The notes under the pieces: generated by a model
The model's database searches: none
The model's input: the letters and a program-made list of their open reading frames with translations, nothing else
What the model was told of the DNA's origin: nothing
Translations under genes and position numbers: made by a program
In this document: one piece after another, positions 1 to 7,663 of the stretch
Layout of the letters: each line of letters begins with the position of its first letter
How positions within the stretch are numbered: position 1 is the stretch's first letter
Assembly (NCBI GenBank): GCA_964351365.1
Contig: CAYGNP010000001.1
Span: 92,572 to 156,571 of the forward strand
DNA: 64,000 nt
Direction of reading: 5' to 3'
DNA from: an uncultured Micavibrio sp.
GTDB taxonomy: Bacteria > Pseudomonadota > Alphaproteobacteria > Micavibrionales > Micavibrionaceae

Positions 1-343
1 ACAGGCTGAAGAGAAGCTGCCCCTGATCTTTGACCAAAGCAGGATCAACAAAGACTGAAGGGGTTTTCAACGTTGTGGCAATCAAGAATCCGTTGCGGTC
101 ATAGATATCACCGCGGCGAGGGGCGATGGCAGCAACCTGCTGCTCCTGCTGCACGTCATGATTTGCTTGCATTTGCGGGATTGTGCCCTGAACGATACTG
201 AGATCCGCAAGACGAATTAAAACCAGAAGATATGCCGCTATAAAAGAGACACTTAGTATCGATAATCTACCACGCGCCATGATGAAGGCCGATTGACGAT
301 CACCGCTTAGCTCAATCCGGTTATGGCGGGCATGTTTCCACAT
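1..343 (-). CDS. ftsI: Peptidoglycan D,D-transpeptidase FtsI (PBP3), N-terminal part; gene continues past the window start
   Basis: Not in the ORF track because it runs off the window. Hand translation from ATG at 343: MWKHARHNRIELSG...SILSVSFIAAYLLVLIRLADL (TM anchor)...PRRGDIYDRNGFLIATT, which carries the RGxIxDRNG motif of class B PBPs. The start overlaps the ftsL stop (TAATG). Gene order is the canonical mraZ-rsmH-ftsL-ftsI. Confidence 0.8.
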   Translation of the reverse strand, partial: MWKHARHNRIELSGDRQSAFIMARGRLSILSVSFIAAYLLVLIRLADLSIVQGTIPQMQANHDVQQEQQVAAIAPRRGDIYDRNGFLIATTLKTPSVFVDPALVKDQGQLLFSL

Positions 344-687
344 TAGGGTAAATCCTGTGTTGCGCCGTAGGAAACTTCTCTGAAGGGCACGGGCGCTGGC
401 AATGGCCCCTCTTCCGGGATATCGGTTTTGGAAAGCATGTCTTCGGATTGCGGACAGGTCATGCCCATGACATTTGCGGCTATGCTCTCCAGGCGTGCAG
501 GATCGTTCAGGTAGGCCCATTCCGCTTTCAGGACGCGGATTGATTCCTCTTCCTGATCAATCGTGTTTTGCTTTGCGGTGATTTCGCGCTGAAGAATTTG
601 TACACGGTGACTGATGTTCATCAGGGCCGCGCCGCTGATGGCGACGAGGGAGAAAACAATTGAATATTTAAGGAGTATTTTACGCAT
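343..687 (-). CDS. ftsL: Cell division protein FtsL
   Basis: ORF 343..762. The likely start is the internal ATG at 687 (MRKILLKYSIVFSLVAISGAALMN..., a single TM followed by coiled coil), which gives an 8-nt overlap with the rsmH stop. Position between rsmH and ftsI fits. Confidence 0.75.
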   Translation of the reverse strand: MRKILLKYSIVFSLVAISGAALMNISHRVQILQREITAKQNTIDQEEESIRVLKAEWAYLNDPARLESIAANVMGMTCPQSEDMLSKTDIPEEGPLPAPVPFREVSYGATQDLP

Positions 688-1621
688 GAGACCCTCCGGA
701 TCTTTTTGCCGCACGCAGGCGCGCAGAGCGCGATCTTGGGTTTTCTCCGGTCTCTTTTTCACTGGGCTTTATTGCCTTGCGGGAGATGAGCTCAAAGATT
801 TGCTTATGCGGGGCATCCGTCGATTGAGGCGCATGGCGAGAGCCGGAGATTGTTACCCCTGATTTTTCGCGCAAGAATTTTTTGACGCGAGAATCCTCCA
901 GCGAATGGAAGGAGACCACAACCAAGCGCCCGCCCTCTTCGAGAATATCGATGGCAGCATCCAATGCACGATCAAGCTCGCCAAGCTCATCATTCACGGC
1001 GATGCGCAGGGCCTGAAATGTACGCGTTGCGGGGTCTACACCGTCCTTGGAGCGCGGAACGCAGGAGCGCACTATATCGGCGAGGTCGAGTGTTGTTTCG
1101 AATTTTTTTTCAGCGCGGCGTTCAACGATTTTACGGGCGATGCGGCGGGATTTTCGCTCTTCACCATATTCATATATCAGATCAGCGAGCGCATTTTCTT
1201 CGTATGTATTCACGATATCCGCGGCGGTGGGCATATCGTTGGCTGTGTCCATGCGCATATCAAGCGCGCCATCAAAACGGAAGGAGAAGCCGCGCTGCGG
1301 CTGGTCAATCTGCATGGAGGAGACGCCGATATCCAGCACGAAGCCGTTTATTTTTTTACCATCCAGAAGGGTTTTGACATCACCGAAACAGCCGCGCAGA
1401 AACATAAAGCGGTCTTTGTATTTTACCTTAAATTTTTCTGCTGTGGCTTGCGCGCCAGGGTCGCGATCAATGGCGTAGAGCGTGCAGTTTGCGGCATCTA
1501 ATATAGCCGCGGAATAGCCGCCTGCGCCGAAGGTTCCATCAACGTAGGTTTCACCGTCTTTGGGATTGAGCGCGGCGAGCACTTCGGGGAGCATCACAGG
1601 GTAGTGAGGGCTTGTATTCAT
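680..1621 (-). CDS. rsmH: 16S rRNA (cytosine1402-N4)-methyltransferase RsmH (MraW)
   Basis: ORF 680..1717. The start chosen is ATG 1621 (MNTSPHYPVMLPEVL...), forming ATGA overlap with the mraZ stop. Motifs DGTFGAGGYS, LDIGVSSMQID and FHSLEDSRVK are typical of RsmH. Confidence 0.93.
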   Translation of the reverse strand: MNTSPHYPVMLPEVLAALNPKDGETYVDGTFGAGGYSAAILDAANCTLYAIDRDPGAQATAEKFKVKYKDRFMFLRGCFGDVKTLLDGKKINGFVLDIGVSSMQIDQPQRGFSFRFDGALDMRMDTANDMPTAADIVNTYEENALADLIYEYGEERKSRRIARKIVERRAEKKFETTLDLADIVRSCVPRSKDGVDPATRTFQALRIAVNDELGELDRALDAAIDILEEGGRLVVVSFHSLEDSRVKKFLREKSGVTISGSRHAPQSTDAPHKQIFELISRKAIKPSEKETGENPRSRSARLRAAKRSGGSHA

Positions 1622-2079
1622 CCGCGCGCCCTTTCGGTTTGGGGAATGGTGAGCTTGCGCTCTTGCACTGCGCCTCTGGCCTGCTCTTTGCGGCGGGTAA
1701 AGAGCTCGGGGCTCCATATCTGGAATTTACGGCCAAGCCCGACGAATGTGGCATTAGAAGAGATTTGTGCAGCCTTTAGCAGATGCGGGGGAATAGTGAT
1801 GCGGCCATCACCGTCAATCACAAGTTGCACACTTTCGCCAAAAATCGTTGTGGCCAGATCGTCCTGATCATCGGAAAACAGGTCGTAATGATCCATGCGC
1901 GTGCTGATTTCATCCATTTTGGCCCAATCAAACCCCTCCAGGCAGGTATGGTTGTGGGCGGAAAAGACGACAATGCCATGATGAAGCTGCTCTGCCAGGG
2001 CCGCGCGGAAAGGCGCCGGCATGGACACCCGGCCCTTTTTGTCCACCTTATTGGTGTATGTCGATAAGAATAACGCCAT
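1618..2079 (-). CDS. mraZ: Transcriptional regulator MraZ
   Basis: 153 aa. MALFLSTYTNKVDKKGRVSMPAPFR and a second GRITIP half give the duplicated SpoVT/AbrB-like MraZ repeat. It is the first gene of the dcw cluster. Confidence 0.93.
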   Translation of the reverse strand: MALFLSTYTNKVDKKGRVSMPAPFRAALAEQLHHGIVVFSAHNHTCLEGFDWAKMDEISTRMDHYDLFSDDQDDLATTIFGESVQLVIDGDGRITIPPHLLKAAQISSNATFVGLGRKFQIWSPELFTRRKEQARGAVQERKLTIPQTERARG

Positions 2080-2164
2080 AAAGCCCTGTAATTCCTAGCC
2101 TTGCTCCAATAATTTATCTTTTTGAAAACACGAGAACACCGCTTGTGCCATAAAATGACACGAA

Positions 2165-2200
2165 ATGGATATATATGGGATATCATGGGAATTAATGGGA
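2165..2200. promoter_or_regulatory. Phased direct-repeat array (ATGGAT, ATGGGA, ATGGGA, ATGGGA at exactly 10-bp spacing); candidate MraZ operator
   Basis: Plus strand reads aaATGGAtatatATGGGAtatcATGGGAattaATGGGAcgtc (boxes start at 2165, 2175, 2185, 2195), 86-115 nt upstream of the mraZ start. E. coli MraZ is known to bind direct repeats with a TGGG core and one-helical-turn spacing near Pmra. Confidence 0.55.
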
Positions 2201-2473
2201 CGTCAAGAATTGCCAGGAGGCTATACAGAGAAATAATGAGCTTAGCAGACATGTACGCGTGGACAAAAATGTGGATAAAACTGAGATAAATTTTTTAAGT
2301 TGCTCATAATTTATACATTTTTTATGCAGGGTATGCTTCGCAAGCCCTTGTACACTCTAGGTTTTTTCCTAAGACATTGCAAATCATCAAAAAGCTTGAT
2401 TTTTATGTCAGATAATGCTAGTTGTAATTCCACTGATTGAACAGAATTCTGAGTGTGTGTGGGGAGAGACTTG

Positions 2474-2569
2474 ATGCTCGAAACATTCTTAATGATTGTT
2501 CTTGCTGTGAGTGGTGGCATGTTTTTAGGGACGATTTTATTTACCTATCATGTCAGCGATAGCAAGTAG
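2474..2569 (+). CDS. Candidate small membrane peptide (31 aa), unannotated
   Basis: Below the ORF-track size cutoff. GGGGAGAG sits 5 nt before ATG 2474. Translation is MLETFLMIVLAVSGGMFLGTILFTYHVSDSK, one hydrophobic helix. A strong intrinsic terminator follows about 70 nt downstream. Confidence 0.35.
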   Translation: MLETFLMIVLAVSGGMFLGTILFTYHVSDSK

Positions 2570-2636
2570 AAGGCATTGTTTTAAAACAATATATCTGCTT
2601 GTGTTACAGATTTAGAGCATAAAGATCTTTTATAAG

Positions 2637-2671
2637 AAAACCGCCAAGTGGAGAATTTGGCGGTTTTTTTG
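2637..2671. terminator. Bidirectional intrinsic terminator
   Basis: aaaaCCGCCAAgtggagaatTTGGCGGttttttt: a 7-bp GC-rich stem with an A-run upstream and a T-run downstream. It lies about 50 nt beyond the rnpB 3' end (minus strand) and downstream of the small plus-strand ORF. Confidence 0.7.
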
Positions 2672-2720
2672 TCCAACATAAAAAAAATATAAAAATGCAT
2701 AAATTATGCACACAGAAAAA

Positions 2721-3105
2721 GGTCGAAGAAATCTATAAGCCGGGTTCTGTCCTCATATTTCTATGAGTGATGACCATTCATCTTGGCGATTGATTGCTCA
2801 AACGCTCATGCGACCTACCCGGGAGACGGTGCGGAAACACCTTGCATTTACATGCGTGCCTCCCCTATTTGGTCTTGCTTCCGGCGGGGTTTACCATGCC
2901 ACATTTGTTGCCAAATATGCGGTGCGCTCTTACCGCACCTTCTCACCTTTTCCTCTTTTCAAGAGGTAGTTTAAATTTCTTCAGCACTTTCCATCAAAGC
3001 TTGCGCCCTGTCCGGACGTTATCCGGCGCCGTTTTTCCGTGAAGCCCGGACTTTCCTCCCACCTTTGCCAAGGCTTTGGCGGGCGGCCATCCGATTTCTT
3101 CGACC
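2721..3105 (-). ncRNA. rnpB: RNase P RNA, bacterial type A
   Basis: The reverse complement contains GGAGGAAAGTCCGGGCT, GGTGCGGTAAGAGCGCACC and ACAGAACCCGGCTTAT, universally conserved RNase P RNA blocks. Terminal P1 pairing is GGTCGAAGAAATC (5') with GATTTCTTCGACC (3'). Ends are approximate within a few nt. Confidence 0.92.
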
Positions 3106-3137
3106 AAGGGCACTATACTCTTATTTATGATGAAAAA

Positions 3138-3848
3138 TCAAACTTTATGCGGACGCAATAGAGAGCAGAGCCGCGCTATGGTTTCTTGGTTGATTTTACC
3201 CTCGGTGCCATGCGTGAAAACATCCGGATAATAATGGCGCTGGAAGGCGGTGACAACATCCTGAAATGCCGCCATCGGATTGTAGCCCAGCTCGTTAAAA
3301 AGTTTTTCGGCCTCGTAATCATTGCGGGATATCGCTTCGGCGCGGGTGTAATCTTCTGGTTTGGGGTGAGGCCAACGTCCAACGCCGTTTGCAGCCAGCC
3401 ATTCCCAGTCAAAAAGCTCGCCAGGGTCTTGCTTGCGCTCGGGTGCCACATCGGAATGGCCCAGAACGTATTTGATCTCGTGCTTATCGATGATTTTGCG
3501 AGAGAGTTTGAGGACGGCTTGCATTTGCGCTTCGGGAAACGCGCGGTACCCGAATTCATGGCCGGGATTAACGATTTCTATGCCGATGGACGCCGAGTTG
3601 ATGTCGTCTTCACCCTTCCAGTAGGATACGCCTGCATGCCAGGCACGCTTGGCATCGGGGACAATATCCATGGTTGTTCCATCTTCATCGATAATATAAT
3701 GAACACTTACGCCGCTTTTGGGGTCGCTCAGGCGGTCTTTTGCCTCTTTCATTGTTTTCATACCCGTATAATGCATAAGCAAGATATAGGGCTCTAAATC
3801 ATCTCTGCGGTCTTCATAATTTTTGGGTTTAAAGAGCCATTGAAACAT
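3138..3848 (-). CDS. N-acetylmuramoyl-L-alanine amidase, AmpD/amidase_2 family
   Basis: ORF 3138..4001. The start chosen is ATG 3848 (MFQWLFKPKNY...). Motifs: LLMHYTGM, VSVHYIIDEDG, AWHAGVSYW, IGIEIVNPGHE, HSDVAPERKQDPG. The C-terminus resembles a degenerate PG-binding repeat. No signal peptide. Confidence 0.85.
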   Translation of the reverse strand: MFQWLFKPKNYEDRRDDLEPYILLMHYTGMKTMKEAKDRLSDPKSGVSVHYIIDEDGTTMDIVPDAKRAWHAGVSYWKGEDDINSASIGIEIVNPGHEFGYRAFPEAQMQAVLKLSRKIIDKHEIKYVLGHSDVAPERKQDPGELFDWEWLAANGVGRWPHPKPEDYTRAEAISRNDYEAEKLFNELGYNPMAAFQDVVTAFQRHYYPDVFTHGTEGKINQETIARLCSLLRPHKV

Positions 3849-3930
3849 TTTACGCGTAACCTTCGAATAGATATATAATAGATATATAATAGGTTTATTA
3901 TACTCCTGTTTTCGTAAAAACAAAAGTGAG

Positions 3931-4587
3931 ATGAAAATGCGTTTTTTAGTTGTAATTTTTTTGAGTGTCGCTGCCCTTGGGTTTGGGTTTTTTCTATCCA
4001 ATACAGCATCTTATGCGGTTGAAGGGACACTGGATGTTAAGGGGCCCGATTTGCAGGCGAGCAAGCCAGCAGATTATCCGGTTGCGACCTTTGCAGGGGG
4101 GTGTTTCTGGTGTGTCGAGAGTGAGTTCAGACCGTTGATGGGTGTTTTGTTCACGCGATCAGGATATATCGGTGGCCAGAGCGAACATCCAACCTATCAG
4201 GATATTACAACCGGAGAGACAGGCCATGCCGAAGCGGTTGAGATTACTTTTGATCCTGAAAAGATATCCTATAGTGATCTGGTGGACCATTTTTTGCGCA
4301 AGGCCCATGACCCGACGCAGCTTAATCGTCAGGGCGTGGATGTTGGCACGCAATACCGCTCGGAGATTTTTTATCATGATGAGGCGCAGCGCGAAATTGC
4401 GGCAAATGCACTCTCGCAGCTTAAATCCGAGGGCGTTGCGGTTGTAACCAAGCTCAGCCCTGCGCCTGTGTTCTGGGAAGCAGAGGCGTATCATCAACAA
4501 TATTATGAGAAGTACGAGGAAGAATCCGGGGCAGTGCATCCCCGTGTTTTGTACAAGAAGCAAATGAAGCTTTTAAAAGGGCAATAG
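3931..4587 (+). CDS. msrA: Peptide-methionine (S)-S-oxide reductase MsrA with N-terminal signal/anchor
   Basis: The GGCFWCVESEF active-site motif and GHAEAVEITFDP are present. The N-terminus MKMRFLVVIFLSVAALGFGFFLSNTASYA is hydrophobic. ATG 3937 is an alternative start. Confidence 0.9.
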   Translation: MKMRFLVVIFLSVAALGFGFFLSNTASYAVEGTLDVKGPDLQASKPADYPVATFAGGCFWCVESEFRPLMGVLFTRSGYIGGQSEHPTYQDITTGETGHAEAVEITFDPEKISYSDLVDHFLRKAHDPTQLNRQGVDVGTQYRSEIFYHDEAQREIAANALSQLKSEGVAVVTKLSPAPVFWEAEAYHQQYYEKYEEESGAVHPRVLYKKQMKLLKGQ

Positions 4588-4599
4588 TTGCGCCTATAA

Positions 4600-6006
4600 T
4601 TGCGGATGGATCAAAAGCATCTTAAAGCCTTTCAAACTCTCCTAGACCCTAAGGGCATTAAGTTGCCTGAAGAGGGTCTTGGCTCTTATGAGACCGGCGG
4701 ACGCGGGGATACGGGCAAGGCTGCGCTTGTACTGCGGCCGTCCACAACAGAAGAAGTTTCCGCCATAGTTGCCTATTGCGTGCAGCAGGGTCTGGCGTTT
4801 ATTCCGCAATCGGGAAATACGGGACTTGTGGGCGGATCCATTCCTGATGATACGGGTACGCAGATTATCCTGAGCCTACAATCCATGAATATGGTCCATG
4901 AGGTTGATGTTGTGAATGGGTCGGTGCATGTCGATGCAGGTGTACGTCTGTGGGGGCTGAATGATGATTTGCGGGCGCAGTGGGGGCTAGAGGTGCCGAT
5001 TGATCTGGGCGCTGATCCGTGTATCGGCGGGATGGTTGCGGCCAATACCGGAGGATCGCGGTTTTTGAAATATCGCGGCATGCGCGAGCATGTGCTGGGG
5101 GTAAGGGTGGTTTTGGCCGATGAGAAGGGTACGATCATTGATGCGCTGCGGCCTTTTCATAAGGATAATACGGGGCTCGATGTGAAGCAGCTTTTTATTG
5201 GCACATGCGGTATGTTCGGGGTGGTCACCGAGGCTATACTCCGGCTCTCGCCCAGTTTGAAGCAGCGCGCAAGCGCGTTACTGATTCCAAAATCATTTTC
5301 GGATGTGAGCGAGATTTTGATACGTATGCAGCAGGATTGCGGAGATTATCTGAGTGCGTTTGAGGGTATGAGCGGGGAAGCGATGGCCAGAGCGATTGAG
5401 CATGTGCCCAGCCTGTCTTCGCCGTTTGGGCCGGAGGGTATTCCAGATTATGCGATTTTGATGGAGCTTTCGCGAAGCTCCGCCCCGCGGGAGGGGGAGC
5501 AGAGCCTTGATGTTGTTCTTGAGCAAATTCTGGCCGGTCTATGGGCGCGTGAGCGCACACCGCTTGAGACGGCGCTAATCGGATCGCCGGAAAAGCTCTG
5601 GGCGCTGCGGCATGCTCTGTCTGAGGGGGTGCAGAAGTCAGGACCCTTATATGCGTTTGATTTGTCGTTCATTCGGGGTCAGGTGATGGCGTTTTGCGCC
5701 GATATGCGCGGTGCACTTGCGGATGAATTCCCCATGTTAACCCTTTGTGACTTCGGGCATATCGGGGATGGCGCTGTGCATTTCAATCTGGTGCATGACG
5801 GGTCAGGAACCGTGGATGAGACGGCGCTGAGAAGCTGGGTGATTGAACGTGCGGTCAAGGCCGGAGGGTGTTTCAGTGCGGAGCATGGGCTGGGGCGCAA
5901 AAATCAGGTTTTTTATGATCGCTATACCCCGGCTACGGTCAAGATTTTGACGCGGGCGATCAAGGATGCTATAGCTCCGGGCGATATTGGCGTGATTAAG
6001 GTATAA
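4600..6006 (+). CDS. FAD-binding oxidoreductase, GlcD / D-lactate / D-2-hydroxyglutarate dehydrogenase family
   Basis: 468 aa. It has an FAD_binding_4-like N-terminal half ([14 protein letters not shown]) and a C-terminal FAD-oxidase domain ending in EHGLGRKN. Start is TTG at 4600 or ATG at 4606. Confidence 0.8.
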   Translation: MRMDQKHLKAFQTLLDPKGIKLPEEGLGSYETGGRGDTGKAALVLRPSTTEEVSAIVAYCVQQGLAFIPQSGNTGLVGGSIPDDTGTQIILSLQSMNMVHEVDVVNGSVHVDAGVRLWGLNDDLRAQWGLEVPIDLGADPCIGGMVAANTGGSRFLKYRGMREHVLGVRVVLADEKGTIIDALRPFHKDNTGLDVKQLFIGTCGMFGVVTEAILRLSPSLKQRASALLIPKSFSDVSEILIRMQQDCGDYLSAFEGMSGEAMARAIEHVPSLSSPFGPEGIPDYAILMELSRSSAPREGEQSLDVVLEQILAGLWARERTPLETALIGSPEKLWALRHALSEGVQKSGPLYAFDLSFIRGQVMAFCADMRGALADEFPMLTLCDFGHIGDGAVHFNLVHDGSGTVDETALRSWVIERAVKAGGCFSAEHGLGRKNQVFYDRYTPATVKILTRAIKDAIAPGDIGVIKV

Positions 6007-6007
6007 T

Positions 6008-6988
6008 ATGGCTTTCAAGCTTGGTGCGATAGAGATTAGCGATCCGGTGTTTTTGGCGCCGATGTCGGGCATTACCGACCTGCCCTTTCGCAGACTTGTG
6101 AAATCTTACGGCGCAGGGCTGGTTTTTTCAGAGATGATCGCCAGCCGCGAGATGATCCATGAAACCGCACATTGCATCAAGATGAATGAGGATTACTCCG
6201 AGGAATTTCCGATGGCGGTGCAGCTTGCGGGATGTGATCCGGATGTAATGGCGCAGGCAGCGCAGCTCTGTGTGGCACGCGGCGCGGCGATTATCGATAT
6301 TAATTTTGGTTGTCCTGTCAAAAAAGTGGTGACCAAACTTGCGGGATCGGCGCTGATGCAGGATGAGGGTCTGGCCACCGAGATTATGGCGGCGACGGTC
6401 AGGGCTGTTGATGTGCCGGTTACGGTGAAGATGCGCCTTGGGTGGAGTGATGCGGATTTGAACGCGCCGTCATTGGCGCGGAAAGCGCAAGATGTCGGTG
6501 TATGTATGGTTACTGTGCATGGGCGCACGCGTGAGCAGCGCTTCTCAGGACATGCGGATTGGCGGGCTGTGCGCGCGGTTAAGGATGCGGTGGATATTCC
6601 GGTTATCGTGAATGGGGATATCATCACGCCGCAAGATGGCGCGCGGGCGCTGGAGCAATCGGGCGCAGACGGGCTGATGATCGGGCGCGGAGCGCAAGGC
6701 AAGCCCTGGGTTTTGCGCCAGATGATGGATTACATGAGAACCGGCGCTATTGGCGCGGAGCCAGATATTGAGGAGAAGCTTGCGCTTATTCTGGATCATT
6801 ATGATGCGATTCTTTCCTATTACGGCGAACGCAAGGGCGTTCCGTTTGCGCGGAAGCATCTTTCCTGGTACTGCGCGGATTTGCCGGGGGCGGCGGCGTT
6901 TCGGGCGAAACTGAATGCTTTGCGTGAGCCTGAGGATGTGCGCGCAGCTTTGCGCGGATTTTTCATGATTTACGCGCAGGCGGCTTAG
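6008..6988 (+). CDS. dusB: tRNA-dihydrouridine synthase B
   Basis: 326 aa. [26 protein letters not shown] and VHGRTREQ are typical Dus family motifs. Confidence 0.92.
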   Translation: MAFKLGAIEISDPVFLAPMSGITDLPFRRLVKSYGAGLVFSEMIASREMIHETAHCIKMNEDYSEEFPMAVQLAGCDPDVMAQAAQLCVARGAAIIDINFGCPVKKVVTKLAGSALMQDEGLATEIMAATVRAVDVPVTVKMRLGWSDADLNAPSLARKAQDVGVCMVTVHGRTREQRFSGHADWRAVRAVKDAVDIPVIVNGDIITPQDGARALEQSGADGLMIGRGAQGKPWVLRQMMDYMRTGAIGAEPDIEEKLALILDHYDAILSYYGERKGVPFARKHLSWYCADLPGAAAFRAKLNALREPEDVRAALRGFFMIYAQAA

Positions 6989-7015
6989 TCTGTCAGACAT
7001 TTTCGTCAATACTTA

Positions 7016-7356
7016 GATTCTTCGCTGCGCTCAGAATGACAAAGGGGGGGGATTCTTCGCTGCGCTCAGAATGACAAAAGGGAGGGCGGAATGACATTTG
7101 AGATGCTCATTGTCATCCTGAAGCCCTTTAGGGCTGAAGGATCTTGTGCATTCATCATCCTTAAAAATGGAATTACCGCAAAGGCTCTAAGGTTCGCACC
7201 GTTTTTTGAACTACAGAGGACACAAGAGGGCGCCAAGGTTTTTGTTTTTAAGGGATGAGGGGGGAGGGGATTCTTCGCTGCGCTCAGAATGACAAAAGGG
7301 AGGGCGGAATGACAAAGGGGGGCTCAGAAAGACAAGCGGGCTCAGAAAGACAGGAG
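7016..7356. repeat. Cluster of short dispersed repeats (three copies of the GATTCTTCGCTGCGCTCAGAATGACAAA core, one reverse-type half element, a short tandem repeat)
   Basis: Core copies start at 7016, 7051 and 7269. 7051..7096 and 7269..7314 are an identical 46-nt direct repeat. GTCATCCTGAAGCCCTTTAGGGCTGAAGGATC lies at 7112..7143. GGGCTCAGAAAGACA occurs twice in tandem at about 7319..7350. A G8 run lies at 7044..7051. Confidence 0.9.
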
Positions 7357-7401
7357 GTGCTGCGTTTGGAATAAGACTTTCTGATAGATGGTTTAGAATT
7401 T

Positions 7402-7623
7402 TTAATAATGTGGGGGTTTTTGATTGGCCATTTGCGAATCTGCGGGCATTGTTTCCTCCAGGCGTTCAATTTTCGAGAGGGTTTTCTCAAGGCGCGCTTT
7501 CAGGCTCTCGATCTCTTTCCATTGCGCGGTGATGAGATCGCTCAGCTCGGTGATGGTTTGCTCGTGATGGGCGAGCGTGGTTTCAATATGCATCAATTTT
7601 TGTTCGGTCATGGGCGGTGTCAT
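7402..7623 (-). CDS. slyX: SlyX family protein
   Basis: 73 aa coiled-coil. IETTLAHHEQTITELSDLI is present, and the C-terminus ends in PPHY as in E. coli SlyX. Confidence 0.85.
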   Translation of the reverse strand: MTPPMTEQKLMHIETTLAHHEQTITELSDLITAQWKEIESLKARLEKTLSKIERLEETMPADSQMANQKPPHY

Positions 7624-7663
7624 ATCATATTAGCGCGCTTTTACACTAGAGATTTATACGCAG

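Noticed and set aside
905-1501. Three overlapping plus-strand ORFs (137-198 aa)
   Set aside because: They are antisense to rsmH, which carries clear methyltransferase motifs.
2311-2520. 69-aa minus-strand ORF in the mraZ upstream region
   Set aside because: It has no SD and lies in the promoter/operator region. It overlaps the better-supported small plus-strand ORF, and its composition is unremarkable.
2695-2709. 15-nt palindrome TGCATAAATTATGCA just beyond the rnpB 3' end
   Set aside because: It is an isolated AT-rich palindrome with no second copy and no associated gene. There is not enough evidence to call it a binding site.
2763-3042. Three plus-strand ORFs of 63-82 aa
   Set aside because: They lie on top of the RNase P RNA gene (minus strand), whose conserved blocks explain the region.
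3849-4001. N-terminal extension of the amidase ORF; similar extensions occur at 52465..52569 (typA), 54733..54816, 17801..17869, 44013..44054 and 12633..12656
   Set aside because: In each case an internal ATG with a better SD, a signal peptide or the conserved N-terminus is available. The extension would overlap the upstream gene or promoter.
7016-7356. Possible CRISPR array
   Set aside because: The repeats are irregularly spaced, differ in length and orientation, and belong to a family dispersed across the window. There are no cas genes.
7284-7490. 68-aa minus-strand ORF and other small ORFs across 7016..7400
   Set aside because: They are translations of the dispersed repeats (for example PPSLLSF from GATTCTTCG...). 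No start context is present, and they overlap the slyX 3' end.
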